Shown here one piece after another: positions 19,280 through 28,020 of a DNA stretch of 64,000 bases. A program made the translations under genes and the position numbers. Numbering within the stretch: the first letter of the stretch is position 1; each line of letters starts with the position of its first letter. This stretch comes from Elusimicrobia bacterium GWA2_61_42 (GTDB lineage Bacteria; Elusimicrobiota; Elusimicrobia; Elusimicrobiales; UBA9959). The DNA is taken from the NCBI GenBank assembly GCA_001799615.1, contig MGTU01000009.1, positions 576 to 64,575 of the forward strand, given 5' to 3'. Under the pieces are notes generated by a model. The model searched no databases. It saw nothing but the letters and a program-made list of their open reading frames with translations, and had not been told where the DNA came from.

Positions 19280-20011
19280 ATGTCAAAAATACCGCAAGTA
19301 AAAGAATTCGACGGCCTGCCCGTAGTTACGGCGGAGAAGATGAAGTATCTGGACAAAAAGGCTTCGCTGGAGCACGGCGTCGCCGCAGAGACCCTTATGG
19401 AGAACGCCGGGCGCGCCGTGGCCGAGGCGGCGCTCAAGTTCGCCGCGGAAGAACTGGGCAAGCAGCCGGCGGGGTTGTCGATCGCCGTCTGCTGCGGCAA
19501 AGGCAATAACGGCGGGGACGGCCTGGTGGCCGCCCGCTACCTGAAGCAGGCCGGGGCCGCGGTCAGGGTTTTTATCCTGCCGCCCAAGGAGACCGGCTAC
19601 GGCGAGCTGGTGGTTAAAAATCTGCAGGCCGCCAAAGAGGCGGGGGTGCCGGTGGAAATGACGCGTAAAGAGGACCTGGAAGCCCTGCCCGCGGCGTTCT
19701 CCGCGGCCGACCTCCTGCTGGACGCGCTGCTGGGCGTCAGCGGGGTGGGCAAGCCTACCGGCCCCGTTCACCGGGTCATACAATTGATGAACAAGAGCGG
19801 CCGGCCGATAATAGCGGTGGACCTGCCTTCGGGCCTGAGCCCCGACACCGGGCACCACAGCGGGGTTTTTATTATCGCCAGGCTCACGCTGACGCTGGGC
19901 TTCGCCAAGACCGGCCTGATGGCGGCGCACGCCCAGAAGAACACCGGGCTGATAAAAGTGCTGCCCATAGGCTACCCGCAGCCGCTCATCGAAGAGGCGC
20001 GCCGCGGATAG
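19280..20011 (+). CDS. nnrE: NAD(P)H-hydrate epimerase (YjeF N-terminal domain protein)
   Basis: From ATG 19280: MSKIPQVKEF...TAEKMKYLDKKA...LMENAGRAVAE...CCGKGNNGGDGLVAARYL. The ORF-track N-terminal extension (from 19076) overlaps the upstream gene and looks non-coding. Confidence 0.8.
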   Translation: MSKIPQVKEFDGLPVVTAEKMKYLDKKASLEHGVAAETLMENAGRAVAEAALKFAAEELGKQPAGLSIAVCCGKGNNGGDGLVAARYLKQAGAAVRVFILPPKETGYGELVVKNLQAAKEAGVPVEMTRKEDLEALPAAFSAADLLLDALLGVSGVGKPTGPVHRVIQLMNKSGRPIIAVDLPSGLSPDTGHHSGVFIIARLTLTLGFAKTGLMAAHAQKNTGLIKVLPIGYPQPLIEEARRG

Positions 20012-20030
20012 CATTCCAGGGGGAGGACAG

Positions 20031-20435
20031 ATGAACGTAGTTATAGCCGACGACGACCAGAATTTGCTCGCGATGCTGGTGCCGCACCTGGAACACGAGG
20101 GGCACCAGGTCATCCTGGCCGCCAACGGCCCCGAGCTCCTTAAAAAAATAAAGGAGCTGCGCGCCGACCTTATAATTTCCGACATAAATATGCCTGGTTT
20201 CGACGGCATAGAGCTTTACACGAAGACCCGCGCCATGCCCGAATACGCCTGCTCCCCTTTTATCCTGTGGAGCGGGCTCGAGACCGGGAAAGGGGCCGCG
20301 CTGGCTCAGGCCGATCCGAAACTGCGCTTCCTGAAGAAGCCGTTCAGCCTGGCCGCCCTGCACAAGGCCATCGACGAAGTGACCGATATGCCCATGTTCG
20401 GGGATTACGGAGCGAAAAGCGGCTTAAAACTATAA
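20031..20435 (+). CDS. Single-domain response regulator (CheY-like receiver)
   Basis: Contains IADDD, DLIISDINMPGFDG and LKKPF. A GGGAGG SD is present. Confidence 0.85.
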   Translation: MNVVIADDDQNLLAMLVPHLEHEGHQVILAANGPELLKKIKELRADLIISDINMPGFDGIELYTKTRAMPEYACSPFILWSGLETGKGAALAQADPKLRFLKKPFSLAALHKAIDEVTDMPMFGDYGAKSGLKL

Positions 20436-20465
20436 CCATAAAAAAACCAGCCGCGGGGGGGGACT

Positions 20466-22271
20466 ATGAGACCTTTTAGCGACAGCGTTATCTATTTCGC
20501 GGTGGTAGACCGTTTCTTTAACGGCAATTCCGACAACGACCGGGGCCGCAACCCGGCCACCTACGACGCCGCGCGCGGCGACTGGTTCAAGTACTGGGGC
20601 GGCGACCTGAACGGCGTCCTGCAGAAACTCGACTACATAAAGGAGCTGGGCTGTTCGGCCATCTGGCTGACGCCGCTGTTCGACCAGATAGACGGGCTGG
20701 TGGACGTGGAAGGGCGCGGCATGGCGGGCTACCACGGCTACTGGGCCAAGGATTTCAAGCGCCTCGACGAGCACCTGGCGGGTTCCCCCGAAGACGTGCG
20801 CGTCTTCGCCTCCGACAACACCATTTTCGACAAACTGGTGAAAAGCATGAAGGCCAAAGACATGCGGTTGGTGCTCGACATCGTCTGCAACCATTCCAGC
20901 CCCGCACAGCGCCCCGACATGGGCGGCTGCCCCGGCAAAGGCGCCATCTACGACGACGGAAAAATGCTGACCTCTTACGAGGACGACAAACTCGGCTGGT
21001 ACCACCGCAACGGCGGCGTGCACGACTGGGGCAACAAGGCCCAGGTGGAAGGCAGCGAGCTCTGCGGGCTGGCGGATTTCAACGAAGCGCATATCGGCTA
21101 CCGCACCTACATCAAAGAGGTCATGAAGCTCTGGCTGGACAAGGGCGTGGACGCGCTGCGCGTGGACACGGTCAAGCATATGCCGCTCTGGTTCTGGCAG
21201 GAATTCGTCTCCGACATGCTCTTCCACCGCCCCGGCCTTTTCATCTTCGGGGAATGGTTCCAGGGCGGCTGCTACGACGACCTGTCCGTGCATTTCGCCA
21301 ATAAGAGCGGCATGGGAATGCTGGACTTCGCCCTGCAGCGCGGGCTCGAGGACTGCCTGGCCCGCGGCGCCGACACCGGGTTCGACCTGGTTGACCGCGT
21401 CTTCGGCCGCGACACGCTGTTCGACGACTGCCGCCACCTGGTGACCTTCATAGACAACCACGATATGCCCAGGTTCATGTCTTCTGGCGCCACCCCGGCG
21501 CGGATGGAAATGGCGCTGGCGCTGATCCTTACCTGCCGCGGCACGCCGTGCGTCTATTATGGCACCGAGCAGTACCTGCATAACGACACTAACGGCGGTG
21601 CCGACCCGTATAACCGGCCTATGATGGAGAACTGGGGCACCCAAACGCCGGCTTTCCAGCTGGTGAGCAGGCTGGCCAAGGTGCGCCGCGAGAACCGGGC
21701 CGTGCAGAGCGGCAGCCACCGCCGCAAATACCTTTCGCAGGACGTTTACGCCTACACCCGCGTGTACCGCGGCAGCTGCTGCCTGGCGGTCTTCAACCGC
21801 GGCCCCGCTTCGACCTTAACGCTGGAGAACATAGAGCTGCCCGACGGCGTGCATAAGGACGCGCTATCGGACGCGGCGGTGACCGTGAAAGGCGGGCGCA
21901 TAGCGGGCCTGCGCGCCGGGCGCGACAGTTCCATGGTATTCTCCTGGTCCGAGCCGCCGCGCGCCAGGGCCGGGATGGAGATCAGTTTTATCCTCAACGG
22001 CTTCAGCACGGCGTACGGCCAGCGCGTGAAAGTGACCGGCAACTGCCCCGAGCTGGGCAATTGGGACCTGGCCAAGGCCTTCCCGCTGGAATATATAAAC
22101 GAGAATATGTGGCTGGGCAACCTGCCGGTCAAAGAAAGCGCCGGCAAGCTCATCTCTTATAAGTTTATTATTGAAAAACCTGAAGGCGGGGTTTTCTACG
22201 AGAACCGCCCCGCCCACTTCCGCCACCTGCCCGCAAACGGCTTCCTGGAACTGCAGCACCGCTGGGTCTGA
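20466..22271 (+). CDS. GH13 alpha-amylase family enzyme with C-terminal CBM20 starch-binding domain, no signal peptide
   Basis: GH13 regions are DIVCNH, GVDALRVDTVKHM, IFGEW and FIDNHD. The C-terminus (ISFILNG...GQRVKVTGNCPELGNWD...WLGNLPV) is CBM20-like. Confidence 0.85.
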   Translation: MRPFSDSVIYFAVVDRFFNGNSDNDRGRNPATYDAARGDWFKYWGGDLNGVLQKLDYIKELGCSAIWLTPLFDQIDGLVDVEGRGMAGYHGYWAKDFKRLDEHLAGSPEDVRVFASDNTIFDKLVKSMKAKDMRLVLDIVCNHSSPAQRPDMGGCPGKGAIYDDGKMLTSYEDDKLGWYHRNGGVHDWGNKAQVEGSELCGLADFNEAHIGYRTYIKEVMKLWLDKGVDALRVDTVKHMPLWFWQEFVSDMLFHRPGLFIFGEWFQGGCYDDLSVHFANKSGMGMLDFALQRGLEDCLARGADTGFDLVDRVFGRDTLFDDCRHLVTFIDNHDMPRFMSSGATPARMEMALALILTCRGTPCVYYGTEQYLHNDTNGGADPYNRPMMENWGTQTPAFQLVSRLAKVRRENRAVQSGSHRRKYLSQDVYAYTRVYRGSCCLAVFNRGPASTLTLENIELPDGVHKDALSDAAVTVKGGRIAGLRAGRDSSMVFSWSEPPRARAGMEISFILNGFSTAYGQRVKVTGNCPELGNWDLAKAFPLEYINENMWLGNLPVKESAGKLISYKFIIEKPEGGVFYENRPAHFRHLPANGFLELQHRWV

Positions 22272-22275
22272 GCGG

Positions 22276-24321
22276 TCAGGGTTTTTGGTCCCACGCCTCG
22301 GCGGCCGTCAGCACGGCGCCGAGGTGTTTTTTTATGGCGGACAGCGCCCGCGCCGGCCCGGAGGAAGCTCCCGACTCCAGCATGAAATGACCGCCGTGGA
22401 CGCGGCCCGGGGCCGGGTTAAGCAGGACGTTCTCGCTCCTGGCCTGCAGCGCGCAGCGCAGCGAGGCCCCGCCCTTCTTTAAATTGAATTCCACCGTTTC
22501 CCTGCCGGCGGGCCCTAATTCCATCTTCAGCCCCGTCCGCGCCAGCAGGGCGCGCAGCGCGGAACCCGGCGCCTCCAGGCCAAGCCGCAGTCCTTCGCGG
22601 GCGCGCTCCGCGTGCGGGTTTACCGTAAAGGCCGCCTCGTAAAGTTTCTCTATGAGCTTCTTGTTCTTGTGGCCCAGCGTCCGGTAAAGGTACATCAGCA
22701 GGTGCGAGTCGTCCATGCGCGCGCCGGTATATTTGGGCGTTCCCTTCAGGGCGTTGATCAGCTGCACTATGCGCCGGTTGGAATCCAGGTTCAGGCGCGA
22801 TTTCTCCTCCCAGCCCGGGCCGTTCTGCTCGTCGTAGGAGTCCTGGCAGTAAAGCGACAGCGGCTGTCCCAGTTTGAAGCCGAACTTCTCCGGTTGTTTC
22901 TGGAAGGGCGAGCCTAGCGCCATGTGAAAAGACCCCACGGTGTAGGAATTGACCATGTCTTTGGTGGCCCTGATCCAGTCCTCCATTTCCGCCACGTCCG
23001 TTTCGGTTTCCGTAGGCAGGCCCGTGATCAGGAGCACGTGGTTCCAGATGCCGGCCTTGTGCAGCTCTTCCAGGTTCCGGTAGATGGTCTCGACCGAAAG
23101 CCCTTTGTTTATGTATTTGAGCATGCGCCTGGTGGGGTATTCCACGCCGGCGATGATCTTTATCACGCCGGCTTCGCGCATCATGGCCGCCATTTCCCGG
23201 TCCAGGCTGCGCAGGTTGAAGCAGTCGCTCCAGCGGATGTCCAGTTTGGCTTTTATGATCTCCGCCAGGAAGCGTTTGGCGTAGCCCGGGGTGGGGTTGA
23301 AGTTAGGGTCGTAGAAAAGGAAATGGCGGCAGCCCAGTTCCTCTTTCATGCGCTTGAGCATCCTTACGGATTCTTTTATCCCCAGGGAGAAGAACTTCGT
23401 ATTCGCTCCGGCGCAGAAATAGCAGCCGAAGGGACAGCCCTCGTTGAAGCTGGCCTGCAGCAGCAGGAAAGTGTCCTTGTCGGCGGGCGCCAGAAGTTTC
23501 GCGCAGCCGGCCGGCAGGTGGTAGAACTTGCGCAGTTCCTCGCCGGTATAGGCGTAGGCTCGGCTATTGGCCTTGTCGTAAGCCGGCAGGCCGAAAGGCA
23601 CGCTTTTATTCCTGGTCTCCCCGGGCGGCAGCGGCTCGAAATAATGGCCGGTCACCTCCGCGCGGGCCTCGCCTTTTATCTCGTTTATCAGCAGGGACTT
23701 TCCCACCTGTACGGTCCTGAAATTCCCGGGGGCCGCGGAGGCGAAAGTCTTTTTCTTCTCCAGCGCCCTGCAGATATAAAGCATGGCCAGGTGGGCCTCG
23801 CCGCAGACGGCGTAATCGAAGGCAGGGCACTCCTCGAGTATCCTGCTGTAGGCCTCCCGCTGGAAAGGCAAGGACATGTTCTGCAGGCCGCCCAGGGCTA
23901 TGACGCAGCCAGGGAAGCGCTGCTTGAGCGCCTTGGCCAGGCATTGCGCCAGGTTTATCCCCAGCGCTATCTCGCCTTCGTCGCCGAGAAAATGATTTAT
24001 GGAGATCCCGAAGAAGTCTTGGCGCTCTATCCCCAGGGTGTCCAGCAGGAACGCCGTCTGCTTCTCCAGCGCGGAGTCTCCGCGTTCTAAAAAACGCCGC
24101 ACGTTCTCCCGGTCCGAGTAGCTGATAAGTTTTACCAGGCCGGGGCTTTCTTTGTAGACCTTGAGCACCTGGTTGTTGAAGTCGTACTGCGTTATTTCGG
24201 GGAAGCCGGCCCTCTTCAGGAAACCGGCCAGGTTCGGCACGCCGACTTTCTGGTAGAGGGGGTCGCGGTACCAGTCGTGTTTGAGGGTTGCCGGCGAGGT
24301 TATGATGAAAGCCAGTTTCAT
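22276..24321 (-). CDS. B12-binding-domain radical SAM protein, unknown substrate
   Basis: From ATG 24321: MKLAFIITSP... It carries the CxxxCxxC cluster motif CPFGCYFCAG. The first 106 aa of the ORF-track call overlap tilS and are low-complexity, so they were trimmed. Confidence 0.8.
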   Translation of the reverse strand: MKLAFIITSPATLKHDWYRDPLYQKVGVPNLAGFLKRAGFPEITQYDFNNQVLKVYKESPGLVKLISYSDRENVRRFLERGDSALEKQTAFLLDTLGIERQDFFGISINHFLGDEGEIALGINLAQCLAKALKQRFPGCVIALGGLQNMSLPFQREAYSRILEECPAFDYAVCGEAHLAMLYICRALEKKKTFASAAPGNFRTVQVGKSLLINEIKGEARAEVTGHYFEPLPPGETRNKSVPFGLPAYDKANSRAYAYTGEELRKFYHLPAGCAKLLAPADKDTFLLLQASFNEGCPFGCYFCAGANTKFFSLGIKESVRMLKRMKEELGCRHFLFYDPNFNPTPGYAKRFLAEIIKAKLDIRWSDCFNLRSLDREMAAMMREAGVIKIIAGVEYPTRRMLKYINKGLSVETIYRNLEELHKAGIWNHVLLITGLPTETETDVAEMEDWIRATKDMVNSYTVGSFHMALGSPFQKQPEKFGFKLGQPLSLYCQDSYDEQNGPGWEEKSRLNLDSNRRIVQLINALKGTPKYTGARMDDSHLLMYLYRTLGHKNKKLIEKLYEAAFTVNPHAERAREGLRLGLEAPGSALRALLARTGLKMELGPAGRETVEFNLKKGGASLRCALQARSENVLLNPAPGRVHGGHFMLESGASSGPARALSAIKKHLGAVLTAAEAWDQKP

Positions 24322-24392
24322 TGTCTTGGCGCCTGGGGAGAACAGCTGCTCTTCCCGCTTTTTGTCCCCGGACTTACCGTTCGCGAAGCGGG

Positions 24393-25142
24393 TCACTTTA
24401 AAAGGGCGACGGCGAGCTTGCGGGACAGTTCGGCCAGGTGCTCGCGCAGGCGGGGCTGTTTCCTGAGCATCAGCGGCAGCAGGGTTTTGCGGATCCAGTT
24501 GCGGGTGTAATATTCGTCGTCGTTGGTGTGATCTTGTTTCGACGGCAGGGCGTGGGCTTTCAGGTACGCCTCTATGTCGCGGCGGGAAACCGCCAGCATG
24601 GGCCGCACCAGGTCGACCCGGATCTTTCCCTTGCGGCAAAGTTCGCGCTTTACCGGTATGCCCAGCAGGCCTTTGGGTTCAGTGCCGCGCAGGAGGTTGA
24701 GCAGGATGGTCTCGGCCTGGTCGTCGGAATGGTGCGCCGTGGCCACCAGGGAGCATTTTTGTTTTAAAGCGGTCTCTGACAGCAGCCGGTAGCGGGCGTT
24801 GCGGGCGGCGTGCTCCAGGCTGGTGCCGTGTTTTTTTGCCAGCTTCCTGACGTCGGCGGAAAGGACCGAGGTCTCTATGCCGTACCGCGCGCCCAGTTTC
24901 TTTACGAAAGCGGCGTCCGCGTCGGCCAGCTTGCCGCGCAGCTTATGGTTGATGTGGCAGATATGCAGCCGCAGCCGGTGGCCGCGCGCCTGGGCGGCGA
25001 AGAAATCCAGCATCACCACCGAATCCGGCCCGCCGGAGACGGCCAGCAGGATGGCGTCGCGGTCGGCGAACAGGCGGTGCGCCCGCGCGTGCGCCATCAC
25101 CTTGTTCCACAAGCTCATCGTTGCCGACCTTTTTGAAACCAT
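24393..25142 (-). CDS. tilS: tRNA(Ile)-lysidine synthase (short form)
   Basis: PP-loop LLAVSGGPDSVVML, plus HHSDDQAETILLNLLRG. The start is either ATG 25142 or ATG 25118; the ORF-track start at 25262 would run into the divergent phoB-like gene. Confidence 0.85.
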   Translation of the reverse strand: MVSKRSATMSLWNKVMAHARAHRLFADRDAILLAVSGGPDSVVMLDFFAAQARGHRLRLHICHINHKLRGKLADADAAFVKKLGARYGIETSVLSADVRKLAKKHGTSLEHAARNARYRLLSETALKQKCSLVATAHHSDDQAETILLNLLRGTEPKGLLGIPVKRELCRKGKIRVDLVRPMLAVSRRDIEAYLKAHALPSKQDHTNDDEYYTRNWIRKTLLPLMLRKQPRLREHLAELSRKLAVALLK

Positions 25143-25221
25143 ATAAGGAATTATAATAAAAAACAGCCGCCTGCCCGTGCCTGTTCCGCGGCGCTCCCAA
25201 GTATTGCTATCATATTCACAA

Positions 25222-25911
25222 ATGGACGCGAAGATACTTATCGTAGAGGACGAAAAGGACATAGCCCGCCTGCTGGACTATAACCTTAAAAAAGAGGGCT
25301 TCCGCACCGTGCTGGCCCACGAGGGTTCCTCCGCCGCCCTGCTGGCCGCCAAGGAGCGTCCCCACCTGATAATATTGGACCTGATGCTGCCGGGCCTCGA
25401 CGGCCTGGAAGTCTGCCGCCGGGTAAGAATGGACGCCAAGACCGCCTCCATCCCCATAATAATGCTGACCGCCAAGGGCGAAGAGTCCGACAAGGTGGTA
25501 GGCCTGGAAATGGGGGCCGACGATTACGTGACCAAGCCTTTCAGCATCAAAGAGCTCATCTCCCGCGTGAAAGCCGTGCTGCGGCGCGCGGCCCTGCTGG
25601 GCGAGGCCCTGCAGGTTTACCGCGCCGGCGACCTGGAACTGGACTGCTCCCGCGTACTGGCCCTGGTGAAGGGGCGGCCGGCCGACCTTACCGCCCGCGA
25701 ATTCGAACTGCTGAAGGCCCTGATGACCGCCGGGGGGAAAATGCTGTCGCGCGAGGACCTGCTGGCCAAAGCCTGGGGGATGGACGCGTCGCTCGAGGTG
25801 GAGACCCGTACCGTGGACGTGCATATAGGCACGCTGCGTAAAAAACTCGGGATCGAGGGCCGCCGCATAGTGACGGTAAAGAATTACGGCTACAGGTTCG
25901 AGAGCAAATGA
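25222..25911 (+). CDS. phoB: OmpR/PhoB-family response regulator
   Basis: From ATG 25222: MDAKILIVEDEKDIARLL...ILDLMLPGLDG...TAKGEE...VDVHIGTLRKKL (winged helix). Confidence 0.85.
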   Translation: MDAKILIVEDEKDIARLLDYNLKKEGFRTVLAHEGSSAALLAAKERPHLIILDLMLPGLDGLEVCRRVRMDAKTASIPIIMLTAKGEESDKVVGLEMGADDYVTKPFSIKELISRVKAVLRRAALLGEALQVYRAGDLELDCSRVLALVKGRPADLTAREFELLKALMTAGGKMLSREDLLAKAWGMDASLEVETRTVDVHIGTLRKKLGIEGRRIVTVKNYGYRFESK

Positions 25912-27293
25912 GATCTTTTTCCACGCTGAAATTCAGGATGCTGTTTTCCTATGTGCTGGGAGCGCTGCTCGCCCTGGCCGCCGCCGCCTTCCTGCTGCGC
26001 CGTTTCTTCGAGCGGCAGGCTGCCGGGGAACTTGGCGGCAGTGTCGCGCTGGTCCTCGCCCTTTCCGCGGTTCTCGTCCTGGCCCTGGGCTGGCTGGTGG
26101 TTCTGCTCATCGGCAGGCAGTTCGGGGAGATAGTGACGGGGTCCAAGCGTTTCGCCTCGGGGGATTTCGGCTACCGCATCCCGGTAGGGTCCTCCGGCGA
26201 GCTGAAAAAACTTTCCGAAACCCTCAACTACATGGCCGAAGAGATCGGCCTGAAGATGCGGGAGGCCGAACTGCGGCGGCTGGAACTGGAAGCGGCTTTC
26301 CGCGACATGTCGGAAGCCATCCTGGTCACCGACGGGTCCGGCATCATAACGCGCATAAACCCGCGCGCGCGCCAGCTTATGGGCGTTAAAGGCTTTGACC
26401 CGGAAGGGGTGCGCCTGTCCGGCATGCCCGGCGGGCCGGAGCTGTCCTCGGCGGCCATCAAGGCCCTGTCCAGCGGCAAGCCTGTTTCTTTCGAGATAGA
26501 GCCTTCGGCCGCTCCCGGGACCGTGCTGGCCGTCAGCGCCTCGCCTATAATAGAGGAAGGCGCCGTGCGCGGCTGCGTCCTGGTGGCCCGTGACATCACC
26601 GGGCCGCGCAAACTGGAGGCCATGCGCCGGGACTTTGTGGCTAATGTTTCCCACGAGCTTAAGACCCCGCTTACCGCCATCCGCGGCTGCGCCGAAACCC
26701 TGCTTAACGGGGCCATGGAAGACAAAGAGCACGGCCCCGGCTTCGCGCGCAGCATCTGCGAGCAGGCGGTGCGGCTGGACAGCCTGGTAGACGACCTGCT
26801 GAAGATCTCTTACGCCGAATCGGGCCGGGCCGTTCTTGAAAGGGCCCCGGTAGATCTGAAGGCGCTGGCGGACGAGACCGCGGGCGGGCTGGCGCCCATC
26901 CTGGCTAAAAAGAAAATTTCCTTCCTGAACCTCGTCCCCGCCGGGCTTACGGTCAGCGCGGATAAGGATAAGCTATCCCAGGTGCTGATAAACCTGCTGG
27001 ATAACGCCGCCAAATACAACAGGGAGGGCGGGGAGATAAAACTCTCGGCCGCTTCAGAAGGCGGCCGCGTGAAGGTTTCGGTGGAAGATACCGGCTCCGG
27101 CATCCCGGCCGCTCACCTGCCCCGGATCTTCGAGCGGTTTTACCGCGCGGACAAGGCCCGCTCGCGGGAGCTGGGCGGCACCGGCCTCGGCCTTTCCATA
27201 GTGAAGCACCTGGTGGAAATGCACGGTGGTTCCACGGGCGTGGAAAGCGCCGAGGGCCGCGGTTCCTCCTTCTGGTTCACCCTGCCGGAATAG
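25908..27293 (+). CDS. phoR: Sensor histidine kinase, PhoR-like (TM - HAMP - PAS - HisKA - HATPase)
   Basis: H-box SHELKTPLTAI, N-box LLDNAAKYN, G-boxes DTGSGI and GGTGLGLSIV. Its start overlaps the phoB stop. Confidence 0.85.
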   Translation: MRSFSTLKFRMLFSYVLGALLALAAAAFLLRRFFERQAAGELGGSVALVLALSAVLVLALGWLVVLLIGRQFGEIVTGSKRFASGDFGYRIPVGSSGELKKLSETLNYMAEEIGLKMREAELRRLELEAAFRDMSEAILVTDGSGIITRINPRARQLMGVKGFDPEGVRLSGMPGGPELSSAAIKALSSGKPVSFEIEPSAAPGTVLAVSASPIIEEGAVRGCVLVARDITGPRKLEAMRRDFVANVSHELKTPLTAIRGCAETLLNGAMEDKEHGPGFARSICEQAVRLDSLVDDLLKISYAESGRAVLERAPVDLKALADETAGGLAPILAKKKISFLNLVPAGLTVSADKDKLSQVLINLLDNAAKYNREGGEIKLSAASEGGRVKVSVEDTGSGIPAAHLPRIFERFYRADKARSRELGGTGLGLSIVKHLVEMHGGSTGVESAEGRGSSFWFTLPE

Positions 27294-27305
27294 TCCAAAA
27301 ACTTC

Positions 27306-27364
27306 TTTACACATATTTTACACGGGCTTTAAACGGCCTTCACGCGCTTTTTTTAAAGTATAAG
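27306..27364 (+). promoter_or_regulatory. Pho-box-like operator: four direct heptamers at exact 11-bp phase, followed by a -10-like TATAAG
   Basis: Heptamers are TTTACAC (27306), TTTACAC (27317), TTTAAAC (27328) and TTCACGC (27339), then TATAAG at about 27359. It lies between phoR and the DUF47-pit genes, replacing a -35. Confidence 0.6.
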
Positions 27365-27393
27365 GGCAGTCAAATCCGCGGCAGGAGAAAAAC

Positions 27394-28020
27394 ATGGCCA
27401 TTAATTTCTTACCCAAAGAAGTAAAGTTCTTCGACTACCTCAACCTGCAGGCCGAGAACCTGGTGAAGGCCTCGGGGTATTTCAAATCCATCCTTAAGAA
27501 CGGCGTACTGGACGAAGACTCCGCCCGCAAGATCCACGACCTCGAGCACGAAGGCGACACGCTCTCGCACGAGATCACCGACATGCTGAACCGCACTTTC
27601 ATCACGCCCATAGACCGCGAGGATATTTACGCGCTGGCCAACCAGATAGACGACGTGATGGACATGCTCAACGCCATGGCCGGCCGCATGAGGCTTTACA
27701 AGCTGGACCCCGCCGACGAATACTTCGCCCAGTTCATCGATCTTATCGACCAGTCCTCGGTCGCCCTTTCCAACGCCGTCAAGCACATGCACGACACCAA
27801 GCGCGCCCGCCGCGTGCTGGACCACTGCATAGAGATCAACCGGCTGGAGAACCTGGGCGACGCCGTCCGGGAAAAGGCCATCAGCAACCTGTTCGAGACC
27901 GAGAAGGACCCCATCATGGTGATAAAGTGGAAAGAGATCTACGAAGTGGCCGAAGGCACTCTGGATAAATGCGAACACGTGGCCAAGGTTATCGAGTCCA
28001 TCCTGGTGAAACATGGATAG
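27394..28020 (+). CDS. DUF47 / PhoU-like phosphate transport regulator (Pit accessory protein)
   Basis: 208 aa, with FFDYL...HDLEHEGD...IDREDIYALANQIDDVMD. It overlaps the downstream pit gene by 8 nt. Confidence 0.85.
   Translation: MAINFLPKEVKFFDYLNLQAENLVKASGYFKSILKNGVLDEDSARKIHDLEHEGDTLSHEITDMLNRTFITPIDREDIYALANQIDDVMDMLNAMAGRMRLYKLDPADEYFAQFIDLIDQSSVALSNAVKHMHDTKRARRVLDHCIEINRLENLGDAVREKAISNLFETEKDPIMVIKWKEIYEVAEGTLDKCEHVAKVIESILVKHG

Noticed and set aside
20430-21719. The 429-aa minus-strand ORF antisense to the amylase gene, and similar cases 46744..48570 (608 aa), 42681..43946, 44088..45329, 52117..53256, 56665..57957 and 59709..61073
   Set aside because: All lie opposite well-supported genes (GH13, AAA+/SDR, alaS, helicase, pmbA, recQ). 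They translate to low-complexity Gly/Ala/Arg/His-rich sequence.
22276-24639. The 787-aa version of the radical SAM ORF, and long N-terminal extensions of several other ORF-track calls (19076, 25177, 39503, 50904, 59688)
   Set aside because: The extensions overlap neighbouring genes or are Pro/Arg/Gly-rich junk. Internal ATGs with an SD, a signal peptide or a conserved N-terminus fit better.
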